Shown here piece after piece: positions 19,951 through 21,514 of a stretch of DNA of 21,514 nt. Positions within the stretch are counted from its first letter, which is position 1, and each line of letters starts with the position of its first letter. The notes under the pieces were generated by a model. The model saw only the letters and a program-made list of their open reading frames with translations, ran no database searches and was not told the DNA's origin. This stretch comes from Octopus sinensis. Lineage: Eukaryota. The DNA lies in NCBI RefSeq assembly GCF_006345805.1, contig NW_021823705.1, positions 1-21,514 of the forward strand, in the 5' to 3' direction. Made by a program: the position numbers and the translations under genes.

Positions 19951-20121
19951 GTATAGCTGAGTGTAAAAATATAGAATATGCAAATGTAATCTCCTTATTC
20001 ATTGTAATTTATAATCCGGTGAAGCGAAACCAGGATTTACCCATTGAATGAAATACTTCAGGGTTCCTTACCTTACGTCAAATAGTCATTGGTTCTCCTT
20101 ACCACACGTTGTTGTTATATA

Positions 20122-20349
20122 ATCTATCTATCTATCTATCTCTCTATCTCTCTATCTATCTATCTATCCATCTATCTATCTATCCATCTATCCATCTATC
20201 CATCCATCCATCCATCCATCCATCTATCCATCTGTATATCTATCCATCTATCTATCTATCCATCTGTATATCTATCCATCAGTATATCTATCTATCCATC
20301 TATCTATCTATCCATCTATCTATCTATCCATCTGTATATCTATCCATCC

Positions 20350-20389
<40 letters not shown>

Positions 20390-20390
20390 G

Positions 20391-20424
<34 letters not shown>

Positions 20425-20500
20425 AATCTATCTATCAGTCTATCTATTTATCTGTGTGTGTGCATGTGTGCATGTGTGTATGTGTGTGTGTGTGTGTGCG
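20122..20500. repeat. (TCTA)n/(TCCA)n followed by (TG)n microsatellite
   Basis: Direct repeats. Confidence 0.95.
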
Positions 20501-20753
20501 TGTGTCCTTATTTGAAACATTTAGAAAAACACGTCAAATAATTATCACGTAGCACAGTGTGTTGGAAAGCAGGCGAAGTTTTATTCAACAATGAAAAGAT
20601 TGCAACCTGTCTGCACGCAACATATCTGGACGTTAAATAAGTTACAAAGATAATTTATGAACATAACATGCTCTCTATATGTGTGTATATGTGTGTGTGT
20701 GTGTGTATGTGTGTGTGTGTATGTGTGTGTGTGTGTGGTGTGTGTGTATGTGT

Positions 20754-20907
20754 GGAGGCGCAATGGCCCAGTGATTAGGGCAGCGGACTCGCGGTCGGAG
20801 TTTCGATTCCCAGACCGGGCGTTATGTGTTTGAGCGAAAACACCTAAAAGCTCCACGAGGCTCCGGCAGGGGGTGGTGGAGACCCCTGTTGTACACTTTC
20901 GCCACAA
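20754..20907 (+). mobile_element. 3'-truncated tRNA-headed SINE, same family as 20979-21283
   Basis: GGAGGCGCAATGGCCCAGTG...GAGCGAAAACACCTAAAAGCTCCACGAGGCTCCGGCAGGGGGTGGT. Confidence 0.82.
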
Positions 20908-20978
20908 GTAGTTGTACTCTTTCGTCTAGACACACACACATATATTATATATATATATATATATAATATATAGTATGT

Positions 20979-21276
20979 GGAGGTGCAATGGCCTAGTGGT
21001 TAGGGCAGCGCGACTCGCGGTCGTAGGATCGCGGTTTCGATTCCTAGACCGAGCGTTGTGAGTGTTTATTGAGCGAAAACACCTAAAAGCTCCACGAGGC
21101 TCCGGCAGGGGGTGGTGATCCCTGCTGTACTCTTTCACCACTCTTTCTCCCACTCTTTCTTCTGTTGGCCTGCTCGCTTAGCCAGCGGGGTGGCGTCGTT
21201 CGATGGCTAAAACAATGCGAACGCATTGTGACCAGCGATGTGTAGCAACATCTGATGGTCTGGTCGGTCACGTGAT

Positions 21277-21283
<7 letters not shown>
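20979..21283 (+). mobile_element. Full-length tRNA-headed SINE ending in (TCACGTGA)2
   Basis: A box TGGCCTAGTGG, B box GGTTTCGATTCC, unique 3' region, tandem 8-bp tail followed by (TA)n. Confidence 0.82.
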
Positions 21284-21318
<35 letters not shown>

Positions 21319-21514
21319 TATATAGAGTACGAAAAATAAGAGAAAATCTTTCTCCAGTGTCCTAATATGTATACAAAGTAAATGGACATTTTTCATACAG
21401 AAATTAGTGTACATTTAAGTACAAAGACACGAGCCTTCACAGGTTGCCTAACATACTAGAAAGAACAGTCAAACGTCCAAAACACAGTTAAGAGCAATTT
21501 CGAAGGGAATGAAA

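Overview
Eukaryotic, AT-rich DNA dominated by microsatellites and retroposons. The SINE families and repeat landscape are typical of Octopus (cephalopod); this is an inference from recalled repeat sequences, not a search. There is one credible protein-coding gene: an 833-aa uninterrupted ORF on the minus strand (13939-16440). It encodes an apparently lineage-restricted, largely disordered protein with eight exact 10-aa RxRTP repeats, eight CxxC motifs, poly-Pro, a periodic (HHHH-D/E-x) tract and a basic di-Cys C-terminus. Almost all other ORFs in the track are translations of (ATGT)n, (GATA)n and (TA)n repeats. Mobile elements include several tRNA-headed SINE families (one as head-to-tail multimers), two non-autonomous Helitrons, a hAT MITE, a short RTE-derived element, two Penelope-like inverted-repeat elements and a decayed Penelope-like RT fragment. 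The most interesting signals are in RNA structure. The Penelope-like repeats carry a minimal type I hammerhead fold with a swapped G3:C8 core (three copies), and one arm is truncated within 2 nt of the predicted cleavage site. The RTE-derived element begins with an HDV-like ribozyme fold. All ribozyme calls are manual folds and untested.
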